Positions 48,135 to 62,600 of a stretch of 64,000 nt of DNA are shown here, piece by piece. This DNA comes from Callorhinchus milii (Eukaryota): the NCBI RefSeq assembly GCF_018977255.1, contig NW_024704742.1, forward strand, positions 127,226,001 through 127,290,000. Reading direction: 5' to 3'. Below the pieces are notes generated by a model that saw nothing but the letters and a program-made list of their open reading frames with translations, made no database searches and was not told the origin of the DNA. The translations under genes and the position numbers were made by a program. Every line of letters starts with the position of its first letter. The first letter of the stretch is position 1.

Positions 48135-50874
48135 TGTGTGTTGCCTGAATTTTAAATTGCATTTTCAGGTTCTGCTGTTTGTTGAAAGTAACTTACTGGG
48201 TACTTGAGCTTCTGTTTACTCATTGTGGATAAAACTTTTTTTCTGCAATTATTTCTTGATTTCGGTAAAGCATCCATATGCCTCTCAGATTTTTTTAGTA
48301 GGAAAATAATTGGGGTGAAATTTTAATGAATGTTTATACGCATGTAAGGTATATAGGTTTATTTACTCCATTGAGTACTTTAAATTTGCTATTTTAAATG
48401 GCAGCCACCATTAACTGAAAAATAATCAGTTTCTTCCTTAGTCTGGAATAAGACAAGGCCTCTTACCGAACATTAAAATTTATTTTAAATGTCATTCTAT
48501 TTGTAAAGTACCTAAATGTACTTTCTGTAGTATTGCTTTCTGCTCTGTTGGGTCAACTAGTGCAATTTGTAATTCATTTTATTCCCACTTTCCTTTCAAA
48601 TGCCTTTAATGTTTGGACTCGTTACCTGGGCCCAACTTGGCAATGGTTCCTGACTAGATGGCTGTGAATTTAGAATATTTTTATTCTGGGGAGACTTGTG
48701 TGAGTTTATTTTCTCCAGGCTACATAATGGTAGATGGAAATGCAATGATTTAATGTATTGTACATACCATTCAAGTTGATGCACATTGTAGCATTAAATG
48801 TGTACTTGTGAAAAAATCTCATTGCAAAAATTAGACAATATTAACCAGTCACAAAGTATCTTAATTGGCTTGAAATGTAATCGGGTTAATTGAATATGTA
48901 AGGCATTCAACGCTTGCACTTGTATAGCTCATTTCACATAGGATAATGTCATGACACTTGTACAATATCTTGACATCCAATTTAAAATAAAGTTGGAATA
49001 CACTTTTTCTAACAATGTATTAATCAACTGGTGAGGTGGTGTTCAGAATAATATACAGTATTTGGTTTTGAACACAATCTTCAAATGGACTTGGATTGAA
49101 GAGCAACTGGGATGATACAATAAAAAAGTTTTTCTTTTTATGTAGCACCTTTCATCTTCAGACATCTCAAAGTACTTAAAAAGAATTTACTGTAAAACGC
49201 ATCCATTTTATAGGTTAACACAGCAGCCAATTTGCCCACAGTAATGTTTTACACACAGCCATGGAATAAATGATCAATTTCAGCTGGGGATTGTTGGTCA
49301 GGACAACTTCCTTAGTGATAACTCAGGAAGAACAAGACTTTGGAATACTGAACTTTCCAAAGAGCATTTTATTAAAGGTTGTATTACATAGAATGAAGCA
49401 GCACAGAATTGAGGCCATTTAGCCCTACTAGTTTGGGCCAGTATGAGGAATTAAGCTGATGTAAGATCTGAATGCAGAGCTGTTGGATAAGTATCAGATT
49501 ATTACAGTTTTAATGCCTTTTTAACCATTGACCTCTAAAAGAAAGATTTTCTTTGGAGGATGGAGACGAGCGTATGAACACTGGCACAAGACTGGTTTCC
49601 GTTCTGTACAGTGTATGTAAATATTGCAAGGACTGATATTGAGCTCTTGCAACTGACAATTTCATGAACAAAAATTACTGGTTGAGAAAATATAATTAGA
49701 AGATTATGTAGGTAATTATAACTTAAAGTTGTGCTTGGTTTCCCTTGGAAAAGGGAATGACTACTAAGCAAATGTTTGTTGGATAGAGTCCTCATTACAA
49801 CCCTTTTTTATTTTTAGATAAATTAACTGGATAAATAACCTATTGTCCTTTTCTGAGTTCTGATTCAAGCTCATTAGATGTGTTGTGGATGCAGATGATC
49901 CTTCATATCCTGATTTCCATTTGCAAGCACAGTGAGCAAATGTGTGCTGTGTATTCCATTAGTGCACATTCTCAACAATCATGACTCGAAAGTCAAAGGG
50001 TGACTTTCACAAATACTGTCACGAAGCTGTTGTAGATTGATGAGATTCGCATCTATACAATAACTGGTATACATTTTGTCAAATGGACTGCAAACATCTA
50101 ACTACATGTATAGGGAGGGAAGAGAGCAAAGCATTCTACAGTATTTTGATGTCTTTTTATTTGATTTATGATAACTGGAATAGCCTTAACATAAGTTGCT
50201 GAATTTCAGCTAATTCAAACTCCCATAACTGAGCAGGCTGTTGATGAACAGCAAAGGTGTGGAGCAGCAAGTCTGCCGAAGGCCATGAATGAAGTGAAAC
50301 ATTGCGTCAATGGTTTGAGAATTGCATTCTTGCTCACATCCTCCACACATGAGCTGCAGGTCAAATGGTAGTATAGTGAAATTCTTAATTCAAATGCCTC
50401 TTTATATAACCGGACTAAACATAAGAGGAGACTCGAGCTTGAGTGACGTGGCATCCAACCTTAACCAAACAGGATACACTCTTCCACCAAGCAGATGTGT
50501 CTTGACTCACATGTCAATTGACAATCGATTGGCAGCAATCTCTGGGGAGGGGGAGAAGGAATCCAATGTTTGTACTGTAGAAGGTAATGATTTAGGACTC
50601 TGGTCTTTCCAGACGCTGATTAATTGGTTTTATATGAATGGTCACAGAAAATTATTCAATAACCTCAATTATTTGTATGTACAATACTATATACTCTGAA
50701 CTATTCAATTATCTGATATTCAATTAATTGAATTTCACTAGACTGCAGACACATTCTCGAAGACCTTTTCTGCCAATCTGTATGGAGCAATGTCACGAAT
50801 GGTGTGAAATTTATCTTTTTTCCCCCAAAATATTGTAGAGATGTCTTAAGTGTTCCCTGTCTTCATCTCTACAG

Positions 50875-51520
50875 GCTGCCAAGACCCTCATACATGCATT
50901 CATCACATCCAGGCTCGACTACGCAAACTCCCTGCTTGTTGGCCTCCCCAACTCCTCCCTCCATAGGCTGCAGATCATCCAGAGTTCTGCAGCCCGCGTC
51001 ATCTTCCGCACTAGGCTCTGCGACCCCCATCCTCTCCCGACTCCACTGGCTTCCCATCACACAGAGGATACAATTCAAGATCCTGGTCCTCACCTTCAAA
51101 GCTCTCCATGGCCTTGCTCCCCCCTTCCTCTGCAACCTTCTAACCCCACTACCATCCTGCCCATTCCCTCCACTCAGTGGGCTCCAGCCTGCTTCAAGTC
51201 CTCCGCCTCATTGGCAGGCAGGTCTTCTGCCACTCTGCCTCCCCTCTCTTGCCTCCTTCAAGACTTGTCTAGTAGTCAAGCCTGGAGTAGTTTGGGACAT
51301 ATGTGCATGCGACCGCCAGGAAGGTGGAAGGCGAACTAGGTGGATCTTGGACCTTTTTGGTCTAGTGTTTCTTGTGTTTTTAAAACCCTCCTTTGATCGT
51401 GTCTTCGGTCATCTTCCCCAATCCTGACCCCCAGCTCGGGTCCGAAACACTAATTGTCCAGCGCCTTGGGACATTCTCCTGACTTGAAAGGCACTATACA
51501 AATATAATTTTGTTGTTGAA
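50875..51520 (+). mobile_element. L2 3' fragment
   Basis: [28 protein letters not shown]; tail stem-loop and (TTG)n. Confidence 0.88.
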
Positions 51521-52604
51521 ATGTATTTAAGGCTTTTTCTATGTGAAAGGCTAATGAAGTGCAAGTACTTGTTGATTGCAGCATTGATGCTATAGTAAGG
51601 TTGCATTGGCTTTGGTACTTCATATGTCAACCTATTTGCATTTGATCATTGCAGCTGTCATGAGTGAACCTGATTCTCATCCTCTGAGAGGAAATGGTGT
51701 GTGTATTAGGAGGTTTTTTGCTCGAAGAGAAAATTAGATCAATAATGATGATGAATTCATTGCCAAAGGATCCTAAGATAGTTGGCAGAGCTTGGTGTAA
51801 TTAGTGTTAAGACTATAAATGAGCAATTATGAGGAGGAAGTTCTAAATTGCCCTTGATTGATGACACAATATGTTTTATATTTATTCACCTTTACCATCG
51901 GGCGAATGTCTCAAAAGTGCAATACGAAGCAAGGTGAAGCATGTCAGCGGAGGAAGCACCCTGAACCCAGTGTCCTAGAGGACGATCTGAAGTAATATGT
52001 CATTTAAAAAAGAGAAAATGTTTTTCAAAATGTCCACAGACACCTAGAGCTCAAATTAAAACATGCTGGAAAAATATACAGTCAACTCACTTTACAGTAT
52101 ATTCTGTGAAGCGCTTTGAGACATCGCAAAGACGTGATAAGGTGCTATATCAAATGCAAGGATTATTATTATCAACAAGATGCAATACAAACTTGGAAAG
52201 ATCACATACCTTTCTATTCTTCACCCCTCCCTCTCACACCAAGCAGATCTTATTCCCTATACTTGAATGTGCTCGAACATGGGATGAACATCTGAAAAGG
52301 CCCGGAAAAGCAGTGGACAGGACTGGGCCTTCAGAATTCAGCCACTGAAACTTGTCAAATTGGGAGTCTTCCTTCTGCAGATGAGTGAGTTGTTGCAAAT
52401 AATCTGCAACTCCCCACACAGGGGGATTGAAATATCATCGGGACAAATTAAAGGAGATTCTGCTGACTTAATCCTGATATCAGCTTTTCTTTGATGTTTA
52501 GTGGAGAGGAGTCAGGAAAACTTCACTCTTCTATTTAAGCTGCTGCTCTAGATTTAGAGAATTCTAGGCATGCAAATTCTTAAACTGGACAAGAGACGGT
52601 GCAG

Positions 52605-53215
52605 GAGAAACAGCAACAAAATCACATTTGTAAAGCGCCTTTCACGTTGCGAGAACGTCCCAAGGTGCTGAAAAGTTGGGGATCAAGACCCAAACGTGGG
52701 GGGCAGGGTTGGGATGAGGGTATGCAACGAGGTAGGAGGACGGCTGAAGGCACAGTTGAAAAGGAGGGTTTTCAGTCATGCCTTGAAGGGGGCAAGGGAG
52801 GGAGCAAGGCAAAGGGATTGTGAAAGGATTCAAGAAATAGTGCAATATACATTAATGTAGTGCCATTTGTGTTGTGAGGACATTCCAAAGTGCATTCATA
52901 GTGCTGATGGGCAACCAAGCTAGGGTTGGGATCTGAGAAGGTGGTGGAGGGCAGGGGAAAGATGATTACAAATGCGTTTAGGGATGTATGTTTTAAGACA
53001 TGCCTTGAAAGAGGGGAGGGAGGGAGCGAGTCAGAGGGACTCTGGGCTAGAGAAAACAGAGAGTGAGGGCAGAATAGCTGAAAGCCTGCCAGTAGATAGA
53101 GTGGAGGACGTGAAATAAGTAGGTTGTTTCGGTAGGTTGAAAGTAAAGTCGAAAAGGTAGGGTGCGGTGAGACCATGAAGAGATTTAAAGGTGAAGATAC
53201 TGCTTTAACGTGGCA
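52605..53215 (-). mobile_element. degraded L2 3' fragments
   Basis: Reverse-complement tail (AAAGCGCCTTTCACGT...) and purine-rich body. Confidence 0.65.
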
Positions 53216-56200
53216 CCACATTCCAACCAATGCACCTAAGCTTCTTCCTCTCCCCAATAAGACAATAAAACACAAGGGTATTAAATGCCATGGATGTATA
53301 CATCAGTGATGCTTGACACAGGAACTTGACTCAAGAGATATATGGGATGAAAGGGATAGACACTGCATCACAATATGCCAAAGAAGCACCATCAGCAAGC
53401 CACATGGGCTCTCAAGCCTGAGCAGTGACCTGCCCTTTGATCCTCCTGTGAGTCACATTAGGGAATTCTCTCTTTGAATTCCACCTTAGAAAACTCAGTA
53501 ATATTCACTTTGCTGTCTACATAACATGAGGCTTATGTTAATGAGATCTTAAAGTATATGGAATACATTCACGACTCAACTAAAAACCGAAGGAAGCATT
53601 GAAGTACTTTTTCTGATTAATGGAAACATTTGTATTGCTCTGAATTTTTACAGAAAGCAAGATTTTGGTGCAAGGGAGACACTACTTCCACTAGTCACCA
53701 GGTGTCAGGATTGAGAACAACATTGAGATTAGATACTGAATAACCAGGTCAAAGGCAGAGTAAAACTGCTAAGCATTTATTTTAACTCCACCTTCACAAG
53801 AGCATCGATGTGAAATTTCTCACATACGACACTTGCCTTCTCTGAGCAAGATTGCTAATTGAATGCTAACGTTTTTGTGCTGAAACCACTTGGATCTGAG
53901 TTGAGATTTTCAATATCCATCTCACACATGATTTTTGTAACCAAACAAGAGAGATGTATCCGTTCTAGGAGGTTCCAGAGTTGGTATGTATTGTACTGAT
54001 CTCTGCGTAACTCATTTTTTTAGAAAACAATCCTGGAGATTATGAGAGCAAATACTTAATAATGGTAACAATTTACCAAGATTTTTGCTTCCAGTTTTAA
54101 TTTAAGCACAATGTTTCCAGCTGCATTAAAATAGATTTGCTTACATACAAACTATACAATTAGGAAATCCTTAGTTAGTTTGTCCTTGGTGGAGAAGTAA
54201 CCAAGATTTCCTTGAGGCTGAGCTGGCTCCAAGGTAATGTTGAGTCAACCCTCTGTAACAGTTTTGGTAGTCTGGCCACTGAGCTAAGTGGGTCAGCAGT
54301 ACTCCAAGGCTCTTAAGCATGGTGATAGTTTTCTACATTGATCAGTTATGCAACTTTAGCTGGTTAAGATCCAACAGACTCTCATCACACTTTTTGGGAT
54401 CCCAACCCTTGGGTCTTACGAACCTACTCTCTAGAATTAGTCCGGTCACTGGTGGCAAGGATTCTTCCCATTCAGTCAAACCCTTTATAGGTTTGAATCC
54501 ACAACCTTTTGACCTAGAAGATTAAAGTGCTAACACTTGAGACAAACTGACACTGATCAAACTCCTAGCAACTTCAGGTAGTACAACAAAAAACAAATTG
54601 CATTTATATAGTGCCTTTCACGTCAGGTGGATGTCCTGTCCTTACCTTACCCGTGCAACGTCCCATAAAATTCCTTTGATTCATCCATCTCAAATTCTGA
54701 ATCATTTCAGTTGTCAGGGCTGATTTCTTGTTCAACCACCAATCCTAGTGCAGTACAAAAATAAACTCTGCTGCATTTTGCGCCCTGTCACATGAGAGAC
54801 ACTGGAGAGCTCGGTCCAGTGGAACCAAACACGAGAGCAACTGTTGTGCTTCTAGAGAGGAAACTGGTTTGGGAAAAATCCCCATTGGAAGCTGTGCAGG
54901 GCTCAGGTCAGACTGCACCTTCTGGGCATTGTGACCTCAGGTGACCTGCACATGCCTTACTAAGCCACGCAGTGAAAAGCAACCAATGCTGAACAGTGTA
55001 GCTGATTGTATAAATCTTTGGCTTGTGGCTGGAAAAATCTAGACATTCCTGGCAGCGGTGTGGTATTATATCCAGTCCTGCTGCTGCTTGGCAAGTCAAT
55101 TTTGGAGCCTGCCAAACAGGTTAAAGCTACTGCAAAGCTATTGCAACTTGTGAAAATGTGTGCTTTTAAGGTCGCAATAAATGTATAAATACTACACAAG
55201 TGAAGCATGTTAAAACACCATATCCAAAGATGTTTACACGTCACCAGACGTAAATACAAATAAGTTGTCGGTATGTAGTAAAAAGGAAGAAAATTTGCTT
55301 TTGAACCCTATTCAAGCACAAATGTAACTCCCCTGATGCTGATTGACTTGACTGATTTTACTTGAGGTGAATTGAAAAATAATTGGCTGTTATTTTAGTC
55401 TCCTCAACATTATTGCCAGGGAAATGTACCATGGGACTTTCTGTAGCACACAGTTGAAACGAAAATAACTATTGTAGTTTGAAGTTCAGTATAGTTTGCT
55501 ACACCTACACAAGTCATCGAAATAGTCATGTGAAAATGAGCTGAATGCTATAACTATTTTTCTCAATTAGCTTGTGGCTGGAAAAATCCACAAATTCTTG
55601 GCAGCAGCTTAGCCATGGAGATAAGTAGGATGTTGTCTACCCAATTGCTCAAAAGAGATGTTTGTTTCACTTGAATTTCATTTATACTCATGAAGAATGA
55701 ATGAAGAATGAAGTCTTTAACTAAGAGTATTCCTCTAAATAAATAATATAAGCAGAACCAGGGGAAGGGAAAGCCAAGAGTAAGGTTACCAGATACTCAT
55801 CAAGTTTCCATGCACGTGTGTGAGCTGTGCCAATGATAGCTATGAGAGTTGTAATCATTGATGTAAAGTGAACACTCATATAACTTAATTACAATGTTAC
55901 TATGCATCGCAGCCACCAGTGCTAGTGTCAGAACAGGAGACACAGGTGACAGAACACGTTTATCTGCTTGGCCTCCATCGAGGCTAGTTAGGTTCTTTTG
56001 CAGTTTATCGGTGATTTTTCAACAACAACTTGCATTTATATAGCATTTTCACCTGTGCTAGCGTCCCGGAGTGCTTTTACACCTCACAGAGAAGCTTCTT
56101 AACTGATTCACTGACCAATGTGTTTATATTAGTCTGAGTCACATGCTCCATATTTAGCAATCCCAATCAAGTGCCTTCTATTGCTGTCAGGATTTTATAG

Positions 56201-56706
56201 TTCAGATGGCCCGCTGCCTGCCAGTTGAAGACTAGGACTTAATTTGTTGTTTGTCACATCATGCAAAGATTTTCTGATATGTGTGGTTCAGTATATGGCA
56301 TTGATCATGTTGGCAATGTGCTCTTTTGTGGAGTGTTAGACACTGTGAGACACCTGAATGTTTGATGTGCACATCTGCATTGGCAAATAGCTCTGTTCCT
56401 AAAGGGACCAAGAGAGTGATTAACAGCCTGTTTAGGTGTTAAACTATCCTAATTGCGGATCCACAGTTTTTGGTTCGCTGAATTTCACAAACAGCAAGTA
56501 CCTTAGGGATGCCCATAGGACACTGCAGTGTTCTGCCATGTTCACACATTGTTCACCTGGTAAGAATGAGTTTTCCATCGAAAGCTCAAATTAATTATTA
56601 GAAAATTGGTGACCAGAAAGTGGAAGCTCAGACTCCAGCCCTGATCGAAGTACGATCTGAGAGGCTATGTTGGGTGAACTTGCTGATTTGTACCATTCAT
56701 GAACAA

Positions 56707-57060
56707 GGAGTCCCATAGCATTGCGATTAGCATGCTCTCTTCGTAAGCAAGAGGACCTAGGTTCAATTTCCAGGCGGGTCAAAACCTTAGGCAAATTTCC
56801 TTACTCTAGATGCCTCTGTTTACCTGTCAGTAAGTAGGAACCTGATTGTCAGTCAATTGGGGGATCGCTTTCCTCCAAAGAAATAAATAATTTGGTCACT
56901 CAATCGACAACTATTTGAGGGACCCTGCAATGCACAATTGGCTGCTGCATTTCACCCACAAAATACAGTCAATCTACTTTATAATATATTCTGTGAAATG
57001 CATTGAGATGTCTCAACGAAGCGATAAGGTGCTATATCAAAGGCAGGGATTATTATTATT
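56707..57060 (+). mobile_element. tRNA-Ala SINE, long form
   Basis: Head, central GTAAGTAGGAACC segment and (ATT)n tail. Confidence 0.82.
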
Positions 57061-57689
57061 TAAATAAACGTGATTGAAGGGAACTGTGTTGGTGCACGGC
57101 CTTTGTCACTATTTATTCTACTCTGGAACTAGGGGCTTGAAATATCATTGCACATTAAATGTATGTGTTAGATGGATTTAAGGTATAAGTTCACCTGTCT
57201 TTAATGCTGGTATTCCACTTTTGCTTCACAAATGTCCTCTTGAATTTCTTCTGTTGTCTTGAATTGCCCTGTAACATTACTAATGAGCATCAACTGCATG
57301 CAGGCATCATATAAGTGGACACAACATCACATTATGCTTTGCAAACAGCTATTACAGTATTTGCCTGTAGTTGTACCCTAATGTATAGCTCAATTAGTCA
57401 TGGAATTCTCCACTCTGTTCAATAATTCATTTCACATTACAGTATACAGTGGCTGATGGATTTCTAGCCTAACAGAAAACAGTGTAAAATGTCTACATTC
57501 ATTAGTAATTATTTATGCATTTGTTTAATTATATTCTGTCTTAAATCCAGGTTTCCTTCTGATCGCCTCATGATTGCCTGTCTCTCTGTTGCTGTTTGCT
57601 TCTTACAACACCTATATGGATATTCAGGCCTCTTTGTTTGGCGTGGCAATCTACTTCAACAGACAGGCTCCATACTCCATATACGCATA

Positions 57690-57972
57690 CTCCATCCTTC
57701 CTGATCCCAATCCACAGCTTGGGTGCAAAACCCTCATGGTCCAGTGCCTTGGGACATCCTCCTGACATGAAAGGCACTATACAAATGTAATTTGTTGTTG
57801 TTGTTCAGTCCACGGACTGTTTGTGGGACACTGCTGTGCGCAATTGACTACCGCGTTTCGTCCACAAAATATACAGTCAATTCACTTTACAGTATATCCT
57901 GTGAAGTGCTTTGAGACGTCTCAAATATGTGATCAAGCGCTATATCAAATGCAAGGAATATTATTATTATTA
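57690..57972 (+). mobile_element. L2 tail followed by a 5'-truncated SINE
   Basis: GGGACATCCTCCTGACATGAAAGG...(TTG)n, then SINE body and tail. Confidence 0.75.
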
Positions 57973-58669
57973 TTTGAAGGGTAATTGAATGTTGAGAGAT
58001 CCAGATGGATTGTAGAGCCAATAGGTTCTGTCTGGTCCTTCGGATGCGACGTTAAACCAAAGTCCTGGCTTCCTGTTCAAGGTGGACGTTAAAGATCCCA
58101 TGGCATTATTCAGCTGGTGTTATTGAGCCAAGCTGATGTTAGTCTTTGTTTAATGATTTCTCTCATCAATGTCCTAAAAATAGATGTAAATTTGGAATAG
58201 GCAAAATAATATCCAGGAATTGAGCAGCTCAGTACTTTCCCTGCATGTAGCAGGGTAACATGAACTCTTGGGCTTGTGAACTGTATATTTTATCATATTA
58301 ATAAGATTAGAGGCTTTGGCAGATTGAGGATTTACTGCAGCCCACAGAGTAACAGCATGCAGTCAGAGGGCTAAAATAATTAATATGACACAACACCATA
58401 AACCATCAACACATCCACCAAGGTCAACAATTAATAGGTTCCATGAAAAACAGTACAGCCAGATTGAGGTGTGGCAGCAGTACATTGATGATTTAATTAC
58501 AGGCTGTTCAGTTTATTTTAGTCTCCTTTGGGTACTTGCTAATTCCCCAAAATAAAACATAGTCCAAATATCGGTACTTTGATTTTAATGCTTTAATACA
58601 GATTTACAACATGGGTTTTAGGTTCATGTCATCCTGCGATTATTGTTAATTAACACATAAATTAAACAT

Positions 58670-59095
58670 AAACTTGCATTTATATAGCGTCTTTAATGTA
58701 GGACAACATCTCAGAGCACTTTGCAAGGATGGGGTCAGATGCTGAGCAAAGGAGAGGGAGTATAGGGGAGCTGGCCATACGCCAGTTGGAAGAGGTAGGT
58801 TTCGAGGCAGACAGAGAGGGGGTGAGATGGAATGGTAGAGGGAGGAAGTTCCTGAGATTAGGAGCTTAGAAACTGAAGACTTGGCCACTGATTGTGATGT
58901 GGAGAGGGCAAGGACACTCAGCCAGTTAGCTGAGCGAGTGAAGGAGTAGGATAAAAGCTTGGAGAGAGTAGGAGGCGCAAAGGTATGGACAGATATGTAG
59001 GTGAAGCTGATCTTGAAATAGATCAGCCAGAAGACAGGGAGCCAGTGGAGCCTAATGAGCACTGGGGTGATGGGTGTGCAGAGTTTGGTGTGGAT
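58670..59095 (-). mobile_element. L2 3' fragment, degraded
   Basis: RLHWLPV...FKI on the minus strand. Confidence 0.7.
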
Positions 59096-59162
59096 TATGA
59101 ATGTGTAATGAGCAGTAGATCATTGAAAAAATTAACCACTTTAGTGTCTGTATTTTAAACAA

Positions 59163-59496
59163 TTTATTTCATTTTTGAGATTTATAAGTCAGTAATAAAT
59201 GCCATTAACATACACAGATTCACATTTCCTACAAAGCAGCAGTAACAAACTGCATAAGATACTCTTAAAATCCCCTGCTTCATTTAGATAGCAGTTGCTG
59301 ATTGACACTTTATACTTATTCCCTGAAACCTATTCATTAAATTGTTCATCAATAAGTACTTTTTCATCAGTGTGTTATTTTTAAACATAAAATGTTTACC
59401 AGTTCACTTTACTTGTGTAACAGTATAGATGCATCTCTGACTGTTCATCAACAGCTTGAAAAACAATCAACATGTTTTAGATTAAAATATTTTATT
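59163..59496 (-). terminator. candidate AKR1A1-like polyadenylation signals
   Basis: AATAAA on the minus strand at 59491-59496 and 59163-59168. Confidence 0.45.
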
Positions 59497-59591
59497 ACTA
59501 TTATATCAGTTTAGGAGATTTTGAATAGAAATAGAACGGGAATTGCCAGAAAAATGTTTCAAGAAATGTGCTGGGATTTGTTAATTTATCA

Positions 59592-59657
59592 TCAATAGGG
59601 ATCATTGAAAGGGAAGTACGGGTGACTTGCATCTCTCCACACTTTTATCCCATCTTT
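59592..59657 (-). CDS. AKR1A1: AKR1A1-like terminal exon (coding part)
   Basis: 66 nt; [21 protein letters not shown], followed in frame by TGA TAA. Confidence 0.93.
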   Translation of the reverse strand, partial: KDGIKVWRDASHPYFPFNDPY

Positions 59658-62600
59658 CTGCAAAAGTGAGGAAAGATCAAACAGGTTACATAATGTTTCT
59701 AGTGTATCACTTTTATTTACTGATTCTATTTACAAGAGATATTCCAACTTTTTTTTCTAAAACTTACTTCGACTGTTGGGACAATCAATCTTCCATTGCA
59801 GTCAAATGACTCGATTTGTTTCATATCCTCCTGAGACAACGTGAAATCAAATACCTGTTTATTTGACAAAGAGAAAGAGAGATTTCCATGTGTTTTAGTC
59901 ACATAAATCATTTGAGCTGAATGGTAATTATTTTCATGCTGACATCTTTAAATGGAAAGAGTTTCATTATCAAAGTGAATAGACATAACAAGACATGCAG
60001 TTAGTTTACTAATATCAATTAGGGCAGTAGTTGCAGAATTATAACTGAACTGAGAAAACCTGGGTAAAAGAGGGTGAGGAAAAACCCAACAGACAAGGGC
60101 TTTTGTCCTGATCTCTGTCCAGCCGTACTGAAATTTATAAGCCTGTGATTATCTGGTCTATATGGGATAGTTGTGCATTGGGTAGGGCCTTTATCAAAGG
60201 CCATTAGCAGAGCACCAATACATTCTTAAGATTAGCAATGCATAGTTCTATTTCAGTCTGGAGCATTTTTTCGTTTTAATGTTGCTGTTATAAGAACAAC
60301 TTGCATTTATATAGTGCCTTCACGCAGGGTAGCGTCCCGGAGCGCTTAACTAAATAGCACATGTAGCTGAGGGAATGCAGAGTCCACTTACCACTGCATT
60401 GGCTAAGATTAGCTGACGTCAGTTAGATTAGTTAACAGTGCAACCCAGGAATTATTCTCAACTCAATCCAGAAGCCAAACTTTGCCATATTTTTTACCCT
60501 TAAGACCACTGTCTTAAAATTTAAGATTGTGTGGAAGTTCAGAAAATTCTTAAATGTGGAAGCGTTTTCTGCAATTCTTAAATATCCGGTATTATTGATT
60601 GCTGACGTGTTTAAAAAGACCTGAAAAGAAATTATACCTTTGTAAGATGTTAATACATCACTGAAAAGCTAAAAGTGTTACCTTAATATTTTCATATATC
60701 CTGGAGGCATTAGTGCTCTTTGGTATGCATGCTACTCCTCTCTGCACCTGCCATCTGGGGCAGAACAAGTTGAAAGTTTTCAATATGAGTGTTTTTGGTG
60801 GAAATGCTAAATTATTAATATGTGTATCTAACTCATTTTCTCAGTCTCCATGGTCTAGAGATTGTTTGGTTCAGCGAGTGATAGGATATTCCTGTAACTA
60901 CGATAGAGAGGAATGAGATGAGAAAGACCTGCTCTATATATCAAATGTATATTTTCAGTTTGTAAAGCATAATTAAAATTAAATCTTAGGCACATAATAA
61001 AAAATGTAGACTAGAACTTGGCTTCTAATTGTCATGTGAACAATTCCAATTATATGTTTTTTTTTACCCTTATTAACTTGTTTGGTAGATTATTCCAAAC
61101 AATTAACATTCCTTGAGTAAACACATTTTTTTCAGATGTATGTTCCAAACTTTGGATTTATTTTCATTATCACTACAGTCATAGTTTCTACGTTCTGATT
61201 TCTAGAAAATTCTAGATTAATCTTATCTGCCATCTTTACAATTTTACATACTTTGATGAGATCTTTCAGGCTAGTTCAATCTTTTTTCATAGTTCATCCC
61301 TTTTCAGCCTAAGATCTTTGCTATGCCCCTATTACTAATAATAATAATCCTTGAATTTGATATAGTGCTTTTCATGTCTTCTAGACGTCTCAAAGCGCTT
61401 CACAGAATATACCGTAATGTGAATTGACTGTATATTTTGTGGGTGAAACGCAGCAGCCAATTGCGCACAGCAGCGTCCCACAAACAGTTGTGGATTGAAG
61501 TGGCCAAATTATTATTGTTTTTTTTCTTGAGGGATTATTATCAGGTGTGTGGAGTAAGGAAACTTGCCCAACGTTTCGTCCTGCCGGGAATCCAACCCGG
61601 GTCTCTTGCTTGTGAGGCAAGTGCTTTAACCACTGAGCTACAGGACTCCATATAAATTCATATAAATTCATATAATTAATTTATATTCTTCAATGCATCT
61701 TTCATGTACTACATTGAAACAATAGAAACTTGCATTTATATAGCGCCCTTCACTCAGAGTAGTGTCTTAACCATATTGTAATACTTAACCGTATAATGAT
61801 TTGAGCTGGAGATTTTCCATATTTCTTCGCAATCATCAGAATTCTTGGGTCTTCCAGTAGCTTTGGTTCGTCTGGCGTGACCCAGGGACGATCAGGAGAT
61901 CCAAGAGGACTGTAGGCAATAACAGCTAGCCCTCGCTTAGTGCAGTGCTCCACAAGCTGCTTTTGGATTAGGTATGGATGACATTCAACCTGCAGCACAA
62001 AGCAATAAACTGTTTATAATCCTTGCATTTGATACCGTGCATTATCATGTCATCGAGACATATCAAAGTGCTTCACAGGATTCTACTGTGAATTGAACTG
62101 ACTGTATATTTATAGGCAAATGTGCTGGCCTCTTTTCACACAGCAGATTTCCCATAAACAGCCATGAAGTGAATGATCAATATTATCTGGAGGATAATCT
62201 CCCTTTTTTTTCAGGTGCAGATGTGGTAATAATCCTTGCATTTGATATAGCGCCTTATCATGTCTTTGAGACACCTCAAAGTGCTTCACAAAATATACTG
62301 TAAAGTGAAATTACTGTACATTTTGTGGGCGAAACGGAGCAGCCAATTGCACACAGCAGTGTTCCACACAGTCGTGGATTGAAACACCATATTATTATTA
62401 TTTTTTTTGAAGGAATTATTACTCCCGGAAAAGCGATCCGCCAATCAACTAACAACCGGGTTCCTACTTACTGCTAAGTAAGTAGAGGCGTGTGGAGTAA
62501 GGAAACTTGCCTAACATTTCGCCCTGCTGGGACACTGATTTATATAAACAAACTAGATAGTTGTCTCTGTGGATTACAGGGTGGTGTAGGATAGTGGAGG

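Noticed and set aside
59586..59594. triple in-frame stop TGA TGA TAA after the AKR gene, considered for selenocysteine or readthrough
   Set aside because: The protein ends at the usual family C-terminus (FNDPY) and I saw no SECIS-like element; tandem stops in AT-rich UTRs are unremarkable.
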